DNA from: an uncultured Gammaproteobacteria bacterium
GTDB lineage: Bacteria > Patescibacteriota > Patescibacteriia > UBA9934
Assembly (NCBI GenBank): GCA_964613815.1
Contig: CAZTKG010000002.1
Location: 118,299 to 182,298 of the forward strand
Length of the DNA: 64,000 nt
Direction of reading: 5' to 3'
Of this stretch, positions 36,888 to 47,147 are shown piece after piece; the first letter of the stretch is position 1; each line of letters opens with the position of its first letter. The notes below the pieces were generated by a model. That model was not told where the DNA came from. It worked only from the letters and a program-made list of their open reading frames with translations, and did no database searches. The position numbers and the translations under genes are program-made.

Positions 36888-37640
36888 ATGACAAAGCGCG
36901 AAGAAAACATTAGACAAATTTTAGCGGTTTTGAAAAAGCGTTGGCCTACGCCTGGAGCGATGGAGATTGGGAATGCGTATATGGCGGTGGTGGCAGTTGC
37001 GCTTAGTGCTCGGACGCGGGATGAGCAGGTTTTGAAGTTGTTGCCGCGGTTTTTTGGGGTGTATCCGACACCTTTGGCGTTATCAAAAGCGACGCCTGAG
37101 GAGATTGAGGGGTACATTAACACGATCGGGATGTATCGGCAGAAGGCGCGGAATTTGCAGAAGATGGCGGTGCGGGTTTGTGAAGTTTATGATGGGAAGA
37201 TTCCTGGTAATATGGAGGATTTGACATCGCTTGCGGGGGTTGGGCGGAAGACAGCGAGTGTGATTTTGCCGTATATTTTTGGGAAGCCGGCGATTGCGGT
37301 GGATACGCATGTGCATCGGGTGACGAATCGGCTTGGATGGGTGAAGACGCAAATGCCGGCGGAGACGGAGAAGGCGCTTTTGAAGATTGTGCCGGAGGAT
37401 GTGCATCCGACGGTGAATCGGGTGTTTGTGAAGCATGGGCGGTATGTCTGTATTTCGAAGCCTCGATGTTGGGCGTGTCCGGTGCGGGATATGTGTCCGT
37501 TTGCGGAGAAGAATTTGGTGGAGCCGAAGGATGCTGAGGAGATTTTGGTGGATATTGAGCGGAGGGAGGAGGTGGTTCAGCGGCTTCGGGAGGGGGTTGA
37601 GGTCCCATCTCGACCGAATGAAGTGAGTGGAGAGATCTGA
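36888..37640 (+). CDS. nth: Endonuclease III
   Basis: LAGVGRKTA, IAVDTHVHRV, C-x5-C-x2-C-x5-C Fe-S-type motif. Confidence 0.95.
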   Translation: MTKREENIRQILAVLKKRWPTPGAMEIGNAYMAVVAVALSARTRDEQVLKLLPRFFGVYPTPLALSKATPEEIEGYINTIGMYRQKARNLQKMAVRVCEVYDGKIPGNMEDLTSLAGVGRKTASVILPYIFGKPAIAVDTHVHRVTNRLGWVKTQMPAETEKALLKIVPEDVHPTVNRVFVKHGRYVCISKPRCWACPVRDMCPFAEKNLVEPKDAEEILVDIERREEVVQRLREGVEVPSRPNEVSGEI

Positions 37641-37758
37641 TTATGGTGGGGATGAAGGGGTGGACGACGGGAGGATTGCAAGATCTCTCCACAAGGTCGA
37701 GATGGGGATGAGGGGTTTTTTTATTTCGAATAGATCCTTCACTTTGTTCTGGATGACA
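37604..37758. repeat. REP-like family A full copy (supplies the nth C-terminus) plus family B copy
   Basis: cccatctcgacc...ggtcgagatggg; the nth stop TGA abuts the left-arm GAGATC. Confidence 0.85.
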
Positions 37759-37790
37759 ATGAGAGGGGGGTGGTGTGTTATACTTTTTGC

Positions 37791-37889
37791 ATGAAAAAAC
37801 AAACAGGGTTTCAGAAATTTGTTGCGGTCGTGGCGCTTCTGGTGATGGTTAGTATGGTTGTGATGACGTTTGCGGTTGGATTGTTTTGA
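37791..37889 (+). CDS. 32-aa membrane peptide (DUF4044-like), absent from the ORF track
   Basis: MKKQTGFQKFVAVVALLVMVSMVVMTFAVGLF; TG-T-TATACT just upstream; ends 1 nt before the recJ ATG. Confidence 0.65.
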   Translation: MKKQTGFQKFVAVVALLVMVSMVVMTFAVGLF

Positions 37890-37890
37890 T

Positions 37891-39591
37891 ATGGCAATAT
37901 GGACGGTGGCGGAGAAGGTTTCGGAGGATTTAGTTGATCAGCTTTTGCATAATCGTGGGGTTGCGGCAGATGATCGGGCGGCGTTTATGGCGCCTGATTA
38001 TGCGACTGGGACGCACGATCCTTTTTTATTTACGCGGATGGAAGAGGCGGCGCGGCGGGTTTTTGAGGCGCTTAGGAATAAGGAGCGGATTGTGATTCAT
38101 GGGGATTATGATGCGGATGGGGTTTGTGGGGCGAGTGTGCTTTATTTGGCGCTTTTGGAGATTCGGGATCGTATTCCGCTCGATGGGCCGTTTGAGGGTT
38201 TGATTGAGGTGTTTTTGCCGGATCGGGAAGAGGATGGGTATGGGATTGCGGAGCATACGATTCGGCGATTTGGGGAGGAGAAGCGGGATTTGGTGATTAC
38301 GGTGGATTGCGGGATTTCTAATGCGGATGAGTTGGATTTGGCGGGAGAGCTTGGGATGGATGTGATTGTTTGTGATCATCATCAGCTTGGAGAACGACTT
38401 CCTGAGAAGGCGATGCTTATTCATCCGTTGGTGCCTGGAGAGGATTATCCGAATAAGACGCTTTGTGGGACGGGAGTGGCGTTTAAGCTTGTGAGTGGGG
38501 TGTTTGAGATTGCGCGACGGGAGGGGATTGATTTTGTTGTTGGGCATGAGAAATGGTATTTGGATTTTGTAGCGGTGGCGACTGTGACGGATGTGATGCC
38601 GCTTGTGGGGGAGAATCGGGTTTTGGAGAAATATGGACTTGTGGTTTTGAATAAGACGCAGAGGCCAGGACTTTTGGAGATTTTGCGGACAGCGAAAGTT
38701 GAGCCTGGGGGGATAGATACGCAAACGATTGGGTTTCAGATTGGGCCGCGTTTGAATGCTGCGGGGCGGCTTGGGTCGGCGAAGATGGCGTTTTTGACGT
38801 TGGTTGCGGAGGATCATGAGGAGGCGGCTGTGCATGCGGATGCTTTGGATGAGATTAATAAGGAGCGGCGGCGGATTAGTGATTCGATGTTTCGGCAGGC
38901 ACGGAATATTGTGAAGGCGCGTGAGGATCAGAAGTCGGTGACGGTGGTTTGGGATCATGATTGGAAGCCTGGTGTTGTGGGGATTATTGCGGGGAAACTT
39001 GTGCGGGAGTTTGGGGCGCCGGCGTTTGTGCTTACGCGAAGTGGGGATCATTTTGTGGGATCTGGTCGGAGTATGGGAGGAATGCATCTTGTGGAGGCGA
39101 TGCGGTCGTGTGGGGATATTTTTATGAAGGCTGGTGGGCATCCGCAGGCTTGTGGGTTGTCTATTGCTGATGAAGATCAGCTGCGGCTGTTTGCTGATCG
39201 GGTAGACGCGTTTGGGAGGGAGTATTTTGGGGAGATTGGGCCTGTGGATGAGCTTTTGATTGATGCGGAGGTGCGTGTGCAGGATTTGGGATGGGACTTG
39301 CATGGGGATGTGATGAGTTTGGCGCCGTTTGGGCAAGGGAATCGGTTACCGAAGTTTTTGGTGCGAGGGGTGCAGGTGGTGGAATCTCGAAAGATTGGGG
39401 CAACGGAGCGGCATTTGAAAATGGCGATTCGAGATGATGTTGGGTCTCGACTTGAAATGATTGGGTTTGGGTTTGGTTCGCGGTATGATGAAGCGAAGCC
39501 TGGGGCTGTGCTTGATATGGTGATGGAACTTGATGTGAATGAATGGAATGGGAGGCGGAGTTTGCAGGGAAGAATTATTGATTTTCGATAA
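37891..39591 (+). CDS. recJ: ssDNA exonuclease RecJ
   Basis: GDYDADG, TVDCG, DHH, PRLNAAGR, GSGRS, GGH. Confidence 0.96.
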   Translation: MAIWTVAEKVSEDLVDQLLHNRGVAADDRAAFMAPDYATGTHDPFLFTRMEEAARRVFEALRNKERIVIHGDYDADGVCGASVLYLALLEIRDRIPLDGPFEGLIEVFLPDREEDGYGIAEHTIRRFGEEKRDLVITVDCGISNADELDLAGELGMDVIVCDHHQLGERLPEKAMLIHPLVPGEDYPNKTLCGTGVAFKLVSGVFEIARREGIDFVVGHEKWYLDFVAVATVTDVMPLVGENRVLEKYGLVVLNKTQRPGLLEILRTAKVEPGGIDTQTIGFQIGPRLNAAGRLGSAKMAFLTLVAEDHEEAAVHADALDEINKERRRISDSMFRQARNIVKAREDQKSVTVVWDHDWKPGVVGIIAGKLVREFGAPAFVLTRSGDHFVGSGRSMGGMHLVEAMRSCGDIFMKAGGHPQACGLSIADEDQLRLFADRVDAFGREYFGEIGPVDELLIDAEVRVQDLGWDLHGDVMSLAPFGQGNRLPKFLVRGVQVVESRKIGATERHLKMAIRDDVGSRLEMIGFGFGSRYDEAKPGAVLDMVMELDVNEWNGRRSLQGRIIDFR

Positions 39592-39592
39592 T

Positions 39593-40015
39593 ATGAAAGC
39601 AATTATGTATGCAGATGGAGGGTCTCGGGGGAATCCTGGGCCTGCCGGGAGTGGAGCGGTGATTTTTGATTATTCTGATGGAGTGCGCGGAGAGGTTTTG
39701 GGGGAGGTGGCTCGATATATTGGAAAAGATACGAATAACCAGGCGGAGTATAAGGCGATTGTGTTTGGGCTTGCGGAGGCGCTTGAGCTTGGGGTTACTG
39801 ATCTTGAAGTTCGATTGGATAGTCAGCTTGCGGTGAAGCAGATCAATGGGGAGTATCGTGTGAAGAATCCGGGGATTGCGGAGCGGTTTTTGGAGGTGAA
39901 GAATTTGATTGTGAAGTTTGAGCGGATTCGGTTTGAGCATGTGCGGCGGGAGAAGAATGTGGAGGCGGATGCGCTTGTGAATAAGGCGATTGATGCGGCT
40001 TTGGGGAAGGTATGA
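39593..40015 (+). CDS. rnhA: Ribonuclease HI family protein
   Basis: DGGSRGNPGPAG, TNNQAEY, DSQL, HVRREKN..ADAL.N. Confidence 0.9.
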   Translation: MKAIMYADGGSRGNPGPAGSGAVIFDYSDGVRGEVLGEVARYIGKDTNNQAEYKAIVFGLAEALELGVTDLEVRLDSQLAVKQINGEYRVKNPGIAERFLEVKNLIVKFERIRFEHVRREKNVEADALVNKAIDAALGKV

Positions 40016-40509
40016 CATTCGGTGAAATAGCTGAAGATTTGCTTGTTATGATGCGGGATGATCAAGAGATGCGGAAGCGTGTGATTAATGGCGGAGATTT
40101 TGATTCGTCGCTAGATGTGGGGCATACGAATCGTTTGAAGAAGATTGTAGAAGATATTGGATGGCCGACAATTTCTAAGGTTGGAGAGGAGGCTTCTCAT
40201 GCTGCATGGCTTCTTGTTCAGCATGCTGATATTGATGTGGATTTTCAAAAATTATGTTTGGAAATGATGCGAGATGTTTCATCTGGAGAGATTCAAGTTA
40301 TAGAGCTTGCGTTTTTGGAGGATCGTGTACGGGTTAATGAAGAGCGGGATCAGTTATTTGGCACGCAGTTTTATCTTGATGATGCAACTGGTCTTTTTGG
40401 GCCTCGTTCGATCGAGAACATTGATGGACTTGATGATCGTCGGGCGCAATTTGGACTCGGACCGTTTGCTGATTATCGAGATTCGATGATCGCGAAGTAT
40501 GGTTCGTAG
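40012..40509 (+). CDS. DUF6624-like protein
   Basis: DQ..R, GWP..SKVG, AAWLLVQHAD, A.LEDR, Q.FGTQ. Confidence 0.8.
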   Translation: MTFGEIAEDLLVMMRDDQEMRKRVINGGDFDSSLDVGHTNRLKKIVEDIGWPTISKVGEEASHAAWLLVQHADIDVDFQKLCLEMMRDVSSGEIQVIELAFLEDRVRVNEERDQLFGTQFYLDDATGLFGPRSIENIDGLDDRRAQFGLGPFADYRDSMIAKYGS

Positions 40510-40534
40510 TGTGGTATAATCAAGTCAATTGCTT

Positions 40535-41686
40535 ATGGGACTATTTGGAAAAAAGACGTCCGCTGCTCCGGGGCTCATTGGGGTTGATATTGGGACTGGA
40601 GGGATGAAGTGTGTGGAGCTTGTTCCGGAATCGGGGAAGCTGCGTTTGCGCACGTATGGGTTTTCTGAAGAGAAAAATCCGGCACTTGATGATGCGCCGC
40701 TTTTGAGTGATCCGAAACGGGCGGCTGCGGTACTTTCGGCGATTATTAAGAAGTCAGGTATGAAGACGCGACGGGCGAATGCGTCTTTGCAAAGTCATGA
40801 AGTATTTCATGCGATTATTACGATTCCACAGCCTCGGACGGCAAAAGAAGATATTAAGCCGATGATTGAGACGCAGGTGAAGAAGGTGTTGCCGCAACCG
40901 ATTGATGAGATGATTTTGGATTCCACCGTTATTGATCAGGATTTGATGCCTAAAGCGCCGAAAAAAGATCACGATAAAAAAGGAGATGAGGCAGGTGAGA
41001 AGAAGAAAGGAGACGCGGTTTCTGCTTCGGAGATGGTTCACGATCGGAAGCATGTTCGTGTGCTTGTGAGTGGGGCGCCAAAGACGATTGTTCAGTCCTA
41101 TGTAGATACGTTTAAGATTGCAAAAATTGATTTGGCTTCGCTTGAGACTGAGGCATTTGCATTGATTCGGTCGCTTATTGGGAATGATAAGTCTCGGATC
41201 ATGATTGTTGATATTGGATTTAATCGGACGAATATTTCTATTGTGCATCAAGGAGTTCCGTTTTTGCATCGTAGTGTTCGGGCTGGTGGGTCGAACATGA
41301 CGAAAATGATCTCTGAGAAAATGGGGGTGAGTTTGGAAGAGGCTGAGCAGACGAAGCGAGATTTTGCTGTTCTTGAAAATGGAGATGAAGTCCCGGAAGT
41401 GTTCGCAAAGGCAATGCAGCCTATTCTGCATGAGATTACCTACTCGCTGCAGCTTTATGCGCAGCAAGATTTTCACGTTCATCAAATGGTTGAGAAGATT
41501 GTTTTAACTGGTGGATCGGCAACGCTTCCGCAGATTCGTCCATTTCTTTCTCAGGCGCTCGATATTAATGTCTATTTAGGAAATCCTTGGGCTCGGGTTG
41601 GTGTTCCATCGGGAATGGATGCGGTACTCGCAGAGAACGGTGCGCGGTTTTCTGTGGCCATTGGATTAGGGATGAAGAAGAAATGA
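40535..41686 (+). CDS. pilM: Type IV pilus assembly protein PilM
   Basis: IGVDIG, VDIG..RT, IVLTGGSA, RFSVAIGLGM. Confidence 0.92.
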   Translation: MGLFGKKTSAAPGLIGVDIGTGGMKCVELVPESGKLRLRTYGFSEEKNPALDDAPLLSDPKRAAAVLSAIIKKSGMKTRRANASLQSHEVFHAIITIPQPRTAKEDIKPMIETQVKKVLPQPIDEMILDSTVIDQDLMPKAPKKDHDKKGDEAGEKKKGDAVSASEMVHDRKHVRVLVSGAPKTIVQSYVDTFKIAKIDLASLETEAFALIRSLIGNDKSRIMIVDIGFNRTNISIVHQGVPFLHRSVRAGGSNMTKMISEKMGVSLEEAEQTKRDFAVLENGDEVPEVFAKAMQPILHEITYSLQLYAQQDFHVHQMVEKIVLTGGSATLPQIRPFLSQALDINVYLGNPWARVGVPSGMDAVLAENGARFSVAIGLGMKKK

Positions 41687-41687
41687 T

Positions 41688-42062
41688 ATGTCTATGCCGT
41701 CAATTGCTATTGTTGCAAAAGATCAGTATTTGGCTGGTATTTATGGAAGAAAGTTTGAAAATGACGGTTGGGAAGTTGAGGTTTCGGAGAGTTTTGATGA
41801 GGGGCGACGAAAGGCTTCTCGTATGCGTCCTTCTGTAATGCTTCTTGACGTGGATTGTGTTGAGGATGCACCGAAAACAATTCGTGCGCTGAAGGCAATG
41901 CCGACGCTTTTTCGAACAAAGATTGTAGCGGTTGCACAGAATGGTTGTAGATTACAGATTGGGGCTGTGCGGGATGCGGGCGCGGAGACGTATTTGGTTT
42001 TAGGTCATTTTGTCCCGCGTGAAGCGGTTGCTAAGATGCGTAATTTGTTACAAGAATCTTGA
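41688..42062 (+). CDS. Single-domain response regulator receiver (degenerate)
   Basis: PSVMLLD, GAETYL; acidic pair and Lys not conserved. Confidence 0.7.
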   Translation: MSMPSIAIVAKDQYLAGIYGRKFENDGWEVEVSESFDEGRRKASRMRPSVMLLDVDCVEDAPKTIRALKAMPTLFRTKIVAVAQNGCRLQIGAVRDAGAETYLVLGHFVPREAVAKMRNLLQES

Positions 42063-42065
42063 TGT

Positions 42066-42575
42066 ATGTTTGATCAAAAAGGGGTTTCAAAAATTGAATT
42101 ATTGGTGATTGTCGGGATCGTGGGTCTTTTAGGTGTTCTTGCAATGTATGCCGTTTTATATGCGCGTTCTCAGGCGCGAGATGCAGTGAGACTTAGTGAC
42201 GTGCGTCAAGTTCAGGCTGCTCTAGAGGTGTACTTTAATACGTTGAATTCTTATCCAGAAACGGAAGAGGTTTTGCCGCTTGGGCATTCCGCGAGTCGAT
42301 GTTTGGATGATGGAGGATTTGGATCTAGTTGTCCGGATGATTCAGTGACTTTTATGTCCATTGTTCCATCTATGCCTTCTACTGGTCTTGATGGAGAAGT
42401 TGTATGCGGCGGTGTGACAAATAGTTACTGTTATTATGGTAGCAGTATTCAATATTTTGTTGAGTTTGAACTTGAGCGAGATAATATTTTGATTGGGCTT
42501 GTAGAAGGAGTGAATTGTGCGACAGAAAATGGAGTGAAGGCAGGTGCTTGTCAGGTTAATATGGATTCTCTCTAG
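42066..42575 (+). CDS. Type IV pilin-like protein
   Basis: KGVSKIELLVIVGIVGLL prepilin-like start; ARDAVRLSDVRQVQAALEVY. Confidence 0.85.
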   Translation: MFDQKGVSKIELLVIVGIVGLLGVLAMYAVLYARSQARDAVRLSDVRQVQAALEVYFNTLNSYPETEEVLPLGHSASRCLDDGGFGSSCPDDSVTFMSIVPSMPSTGLDGEVVCGGVTNSYCYYGSSIQYFVEFELERDNILIGLVEGVNCATENGVKAGACQVNMDSL

Positions 42576-42576
42576 T

Positions 42577-43368
42577 ATGTCGGTCATTTGGATGGCGCTT
42601 TTGGTTGGATTTGCTGGTGTGTTAATGGGGAGTTTTGTGAATGCTGTTATTTTCCGTTCGCAAAGTAAGGAATCGCTTTGGAGTCGGAGCAAGTGTCGGT
42701 CTTGCGCGGTTCCAATTCATCCAAAAGATTTGGTTCCTATTGTTAGTTATTTTGCTTTGAAGCGACGATGCAGGTCTTGTAAGGCGGAGATTGAATGGCA
42801 ATATCCTGTTATTGAGTTGGCCATGGGGGTCATGTTTGCGCTTTTGTATGCGCGGGTGATGTTTGGCGTTGGTATTCCTGATTTTGTTGATGACGGAGAA
42901 TTGTTTGTGCTTCTTTTGCGAGATTTGATTGCAGCGGTTTTTTTGGTCATTATTTTTGTTATTGATTTAAAATACTCGGTGATTTTGGATCGATTTAGCA
43001 TTCCTGCGCTTTTGTTTGCGCTTTTGTTGAATGTGCATTTGGGTGCTGATCCGGCGATGCTGTTGCTTGCGGGGCTTTTGATTGGAGGTTTTTTCGCGTT
43101 TCAATATATTGTTTCCAAGGGGGCATGGATTGGGGGAGGCGATGTTCGGATGGGGATGTTTATGGGATGTTTGCTTGGTGTCTGGCATGGTGTATTGGCA
43201 CTTTTTTTGGCTTACGTTATAGGGGCTATTGTCGGCTTGGTTTTGATTGCTAGGCATCGAAAGAGTTTGAAGAGTCATATTCCTTTTGGAACATTTTTGG
43301 CATTCACGACGTTTATTGTGATGATTTGGGGAGAGGATTTGTTGATTTGGTATCTGGGGCTGATTTAG
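42577..43368 (+). CDS. pilD: Prepilin peptidase
   Basis: GSFVNAVIFR, RSKCRSC, GGGDV, IPFGTFL. Confidence 0.93.
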   Translation: MSVIWMALLVGFAGVLMGSFVNAVIFRSQSKESLWSRSKCRSCAVPIHPKDLVPIVSYFALKRRCRSCKAEIEWQYPVIELAMGVMFALLYARVMFGVGIPDFVDDGELFVLLLRDLIAAVFLVIIFVIDLKYSVILDRFSIPALLFALLLNVHLGADPAMLLLAGLLIGGFFAFQYIVSKGAWIGGGDVRMGMFMGCLLGVWHGVLALFLAYVIGAIVGLVLIARHRKSLKSHIPFGTFLAFTTFIVMIWGEDLLIWYLGLI

Positions 43369-43381
43369 ATACAATGCGGCC

Positions 43382-45418
43382 ATGGATAAGCGCGCTGCAG
43401 CGGAAAGAATTGAAAAGTTACGTGACGTGATAGAGCATCATCGGTATCTCTATCATGTTTTGGATACGCAGGAGATTAGTGATGCCGCGCTTGATAGTTT
43501 GAAGCATGAGCTGTTTGCGCTTGAGCAGGCATTTCCAGATTTGATTACGAATGATTCGCCGACGCAGCGAGTTGGTGGGGCGCCGCGTGAGATGTTTACG
43601 AAATATCGTCATGGGGAGCGGATGCTCAGTATGGAAGACGTTTTTTCTCGGGAGGAGTTCGAAGGTTGGGCTCGGCGAGCACGAAAAGCGGGGTGGAGTG
43701 GGGATGCGCGGTTTTTTTGTATGACAAAGATTGATGGGCTTGCGATTTCGCTTACGTACGAGGGTGGAAAGATGACTGTTGCGGCAACGCGAGGGGATGG
43801 ATTTGTTGGAGAGGAGGTGACGGAGAATGTGCGGACGATTGAGTCTGTGCCGCTTCGATTGCGACAGATTGAGGATGCGGATCGGGATCGGTTCGTGTCT
43901 GACTTTGGGTTATCTCCTTTGGTTATTGATCGGATTCGGGCGGGAAATTTTGTGGTGCGAGGGGAGGTTTTTATGCGGAAAGAAGATTTTGAAAATTTGA
44001 ATCGGCGACGAGAAAAGGATGGGGAGACATTGTTTGCGAATCCTCGTAATGTTTCTGCGGGGAGTATTCGGCAGCTTGATTCGAAGGTGACGGCTTCTCG
44101 GCCCCTTCGGTATCGGGCATGGCATTTGGATGATATTGGGCAGGGGACGCAGGGGGCGAGCATGGCGATTTTGGAGATGCTGGGATTTAACACAGCTCCT
44201 GGGGCGGTGGTTGATGGAGTGGAAGCGGCGGAGGCGTATTTTGAGCAGCTTGATCAGGATCGGGATGGGCTTGCGTATTGGATTGATGGACTTGTGGTGC
44301 GAGTGGATGATTTAGTGGCATATAAGGGACTTGGCGTTGTCGGGAAGACACCACGCGGGCTTGTTGCTTGGAAGTTTCCTGCTGAGGAGGTGACGACGCA
44401 GTTAGCGTCCGTTGACTGGCAGGTTGGTCGTACGGGGAAGTTGACGCCTGTTGCGACCGTAAAGGCTGCTGAGGTGGCAGGGACGACGGTGACGCATGCG
44501 ACGCTTCATAATGTGGATGAGATTCGGCGGCTTGGGGTGAAGATTGGGGATACGGTGATTTTGAAGAAGGCGGGGGATATTATTCCGAAGATTGTGAAGG
44601 TGCTTGAGGATTTGCGAACGGGGGAAGAGGTGGATGTTGAGATTCCTGATGCGTGTCCGGTTTGTGAGGGAGGGCTTGAGAGTCCTGAGGGTGCGGTTGA
44701 TTTGTTTTGTGAGAATGATGTGTGTTTTTCAAAAGAGAAAGAGCGGATTTTGCATGCGGCTCGGGCGTTTGATGTGGTTGGGCTTGGTGGAAAGACGGTG
44801 GAGCGGTTTTTGGAGATTGGGCTTATATCGAGTCCGGCGGATTTATTTCGGCTGACGTCAGGAGATATTCGAGATTTGGAGGGGTTTGGAGATACGTCGG
44901 CGGAGAAGCTTGTGGAGGAAATTGTAAAGAAGAAATCGATTGGGTTTGATAAGTATTTGCAGGCGCTTAGTATTTCGAATGTTGGTGAACAGACGGCTCG
45001 GGATTTGGCGAAGGCGTTTGAGGGGGTTGAGGGTTTGATGGAGGCAAGTAGGGATCGATTGATGACGATTGATGATGTCGGGCCTGTTGTGGCGGATTCT
45101 ATTTTGGCGTTTTTTGGGAGCGATCGAGGGCGGAGATTGGTTGCGGATTTTGCGGAGGTTGGGGTTGTGGTTGAGATGGATAGTGATAATCAAGGCGGGA
45201 TTTTTGATGGGAAGACGTTTGTGCTTACCGGGACGATGAGTGTGTCTCGTGAGGTGATTGCGGGGATGATTCGGGAGCGTGGGGGGAAGGTGAGTAGTTC
45301 GGTGAGTAAGAAGACAGATTATTTGGTAGCTGGCGAGAATGCGGGATCGAAGAAGGATAAGGCTGAGGTTGCAGGGGTTGAGATCTTGTCGGAAGCGGCA
45401 TTTCGAGATATGTTATAG
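43382..45418 (+). CDS. ligA: NAD-dependent DNA ligase
   Basis: KIDG, TRGDG, VRGEV, QVGRTG, BRCT domain. Confidence 0.97.
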   Translation: MDKRAAAERIEKLRDVIEHHRYLYHVLDTQEISDAALDSLKHELFALEQAFPDLITNDSPTQRVGGAPREMFTKYRHGERMLSMEDVFSREEFEGWARRARKAGWSGDARFFCMTKIDGLAISLTYEGGKMTVAATRGDGFVGEEVTENVRTIESVPLRLRQIEDADRDRFVSDFGLSPLVIDRIRAGNFVVRGEVFMRKEDFENLNRRREKDGETLFANPRNVSAGSIRQLDSKVTASRPLRYRAWHLDDIGQGTQGASMAILEMLGFNTAPGAVVDGVEAAEAYFEQLDQDRDGLAYWIDGLVVRVDDLVAYKGLGVVGKTPRGLVAWKFPAEEVTTQLASVDWQVGRTGKLTPVATVKAAEVAGTTVTHATLHNVDEIRRLGVKIGDTVILKKAGDIIPKIVKVLEDLRTGEEVDVEIPDACPVCEGGLESPEGAVDLFCENDVCFSKEKERILHAARAFDVVGLGGKTVERFLEIGLISSPADLFRLTSGDIRDLEGFGDTSAEKLVEEIVKKKSIGFDKYLQALSISNVGEQTARDLAKAFEGVEGLMEASRDRLMTIDDVGPVVADSILAFFGSDRGRRLVADFAEVGVVVEMDSDNQGGIFDGKTFVLTGTMSVSREVIAGMIRERGGKVSSSVSKKTDYLVAGENAGSKKDKAEVAGVEILSEAAFRDML

Positions 45419-45423
45419 CGCAT

Positions 45424-45711
45424 ATGGAATTTGATATTGAGAAAGTTGCGAAATTGGCTCTTATTGATCTTAGCGATGAGCAGAAAACGGCATTTGCAGA
45501 GCAATTTCCGCAGATTTTGGATTATATTAATCAACTTCAGGAGGTTGATACGAGCGGTGTGGAGGCGCGGCCTTATTTGAATGATTTGCATAATGTGTTT
45601 CGAGAAGATGAAGTTCAGGAGAGTTCTGACGTGTTGAAGGGGGCTTTGAAGGAGGCGTTTCCGAAAAAAGTTGGGGATGCGCTTAAGGTCCCTGGTGTTT
45701 TTAGCGAATAA
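45424..45711 (+). CDS. gatC: Asp/Glu-tRNA amidotransferase subunit C
   Basis: VAKLA..L, ILDYINQLQEVDT, FRED. Confidence 0.93.
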   Translation: MEFDIEKVAKLALIDLSDEQKTAFAEQFPQILDYINQLQEVDTSGVEARPYLNDLHNVFREDEVQESSDVLKGALKEAFPKKVGDALKVPGVFSE

Positions 45712-45713
45712 GT

Positions 45714-47147
45714 ATGAAGACAGCTATTGAAATTCGAGATGCGATTCGGGATGGGGGGATGACGGCGGAAGATGCTGTGAAGGCATCGTTGAAAATTATT
45801 GAAGAGAAGAATGAAGGTTTGAATGCGTTTTTGGAGGTGTATGAAGATGAGGCGCTTGCGCGTGCTCGTGATTTGGATGCGCGGAAGGCGGCCGGGGAAG
45901 ATATTGGGCGACTTGGAGGTGTTCCTGTTGCCGTGAAGGATGTCATGCTTGTTAAGGGGCATATAGCGAGTGCGGGATCGAAAATTTTGGAAAATTACAT
46001 GGCGTCTTACACGGCGACGGCTGTGCAACGGTTGATAGATGAAGGGGCGATCGTGATTGGGCGGACGAATTGTGATGAATTTGCGATGGGGGCTTCGAAT
46101 GAAAATTCGGCATATGGGCCAGTGAAAAATCCTTACGATGAAACGCGGATTTCTGGTGGGTCGAGTGGAGGATCGGCGGCGGCTGTTGCGAGTGGGATGG
46201 TGTCGATTGCGCTTGGGAGTGATACTGGGGGGTCTATTCGGCAGCCGGCGGGGTTTTGTAATCTCGTGGGGTTGAAGCCTTCGTATGGGCGCGTGAGTCG
46301 ATATGGGTTGATGGCGCTCACGTCTAGTTTTGATCAGATTGGGCCGTTTGCGCATACGGTTGCGGATGCGGCGCTTGTTTTGGAGATCATGGAAGGAGTT
46401 GATGCGCATGATGCGACGAGTCGGGAGATTGGTGAGACGTCTGTTGCGGAGCTTTTGGATACCTCGTTTGATGGGATGACGTTTGGGGTGCCGAAGCAGT
46501 GTTTTATTGAGGGGATTGATGAAAAGACGTTGAAACTTGTGAAGGATGCGATTGTGCTCGTGGAGTCGAAAGGGGGGACGATTAAAGAGGTTGACTTGCC
46601 GCTTAGTGCAAAGGGGGTTGCAACGTATTATATTTTGCTTCCTGCGGAGGCGAGTTCGAATTTGGCTCGATTTGATGGGATTCGGTATGGGGATCGGTCG
46701 GAAGAAGAGGATGCGATTGCGAATTATTTACGAACGCGCGGGGATGGATTTGGTGATGAGGTGAAGCGGCGGGTGATTTTGGGGACGTATATTTTGAGCG
46801 CAGGGTATTATGATGCGTACTATAAAAAAGCTTTAGCTGTGCGAAAGGCGATGCATGATGAGTACGCTGAGGTGTTTAAGGAGGTTGATGTTTTGATCAC
46901 GCCGACGAGTCCTTCACCTGCTTGGAAGCTTGGGGAGAAGGTTGATGACCCGCTTTTCAACTACTTGGCTGATATATTTACGTGTTCTGCGAATATTGCG
47001 GGGATTTGTGGGGTATCTGTTCCGTGTGGGTTTAGTGATGGATTGCCGGTTGGTGTGCAGTTTTTGGCAGGTGCTTTTGAGGAGGCGAAGTTGCTTCGGG
47101 CGGCAGCGGCTTATGAAGAGGCTCGTGGAGATTTGGAGGTATCATGA
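45714..47147 (+). CDS. gatA: Asp/Glu-tRNA amidotransferase subunit A
   Basis: [33 protein letters not shown]. Confidence 0.97.
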   Translation: MKTAIEIRDAIRDGGMTAEDAVKASLKIIEEKNEGLNAFLEVYEDEALARARDLDARKAAGEDIGRLGGVPVAVKDVMLVKGHIASAGSKILENYMASYTATAVQRLIDEGAIVIGRTNCDEFAMGASNENSAYGPVKNPYDETRISGGSSGGSAAAVASGMVSIALGSDTGGSIRQPAGFCNLVGLKPSYGRVSRYGLMALTSSFDQIGPFAHTVADAALVLEIMEGVDAHDATSREIGETSVAELLDTSFDGMTFGVPKQCFIEGIDEKTLKLVKDAIVLVESKGGTIKEVDLPLSAKGVATYYILLPAEASSNLARFDGIRYGDRSEEEDAIANYLRTRGDGFGDEVKRRVILGTYILSAGYYDAYYKKALAVRKAMHDEYAEVFKEVDVLITPTSPSPAWKLGEKVDDPLFNYLADIFTCSANIAGICGVSVPCGFSDGLPVGVQFLAGAFEEAKLLRAAAAYEEARGDLEVS

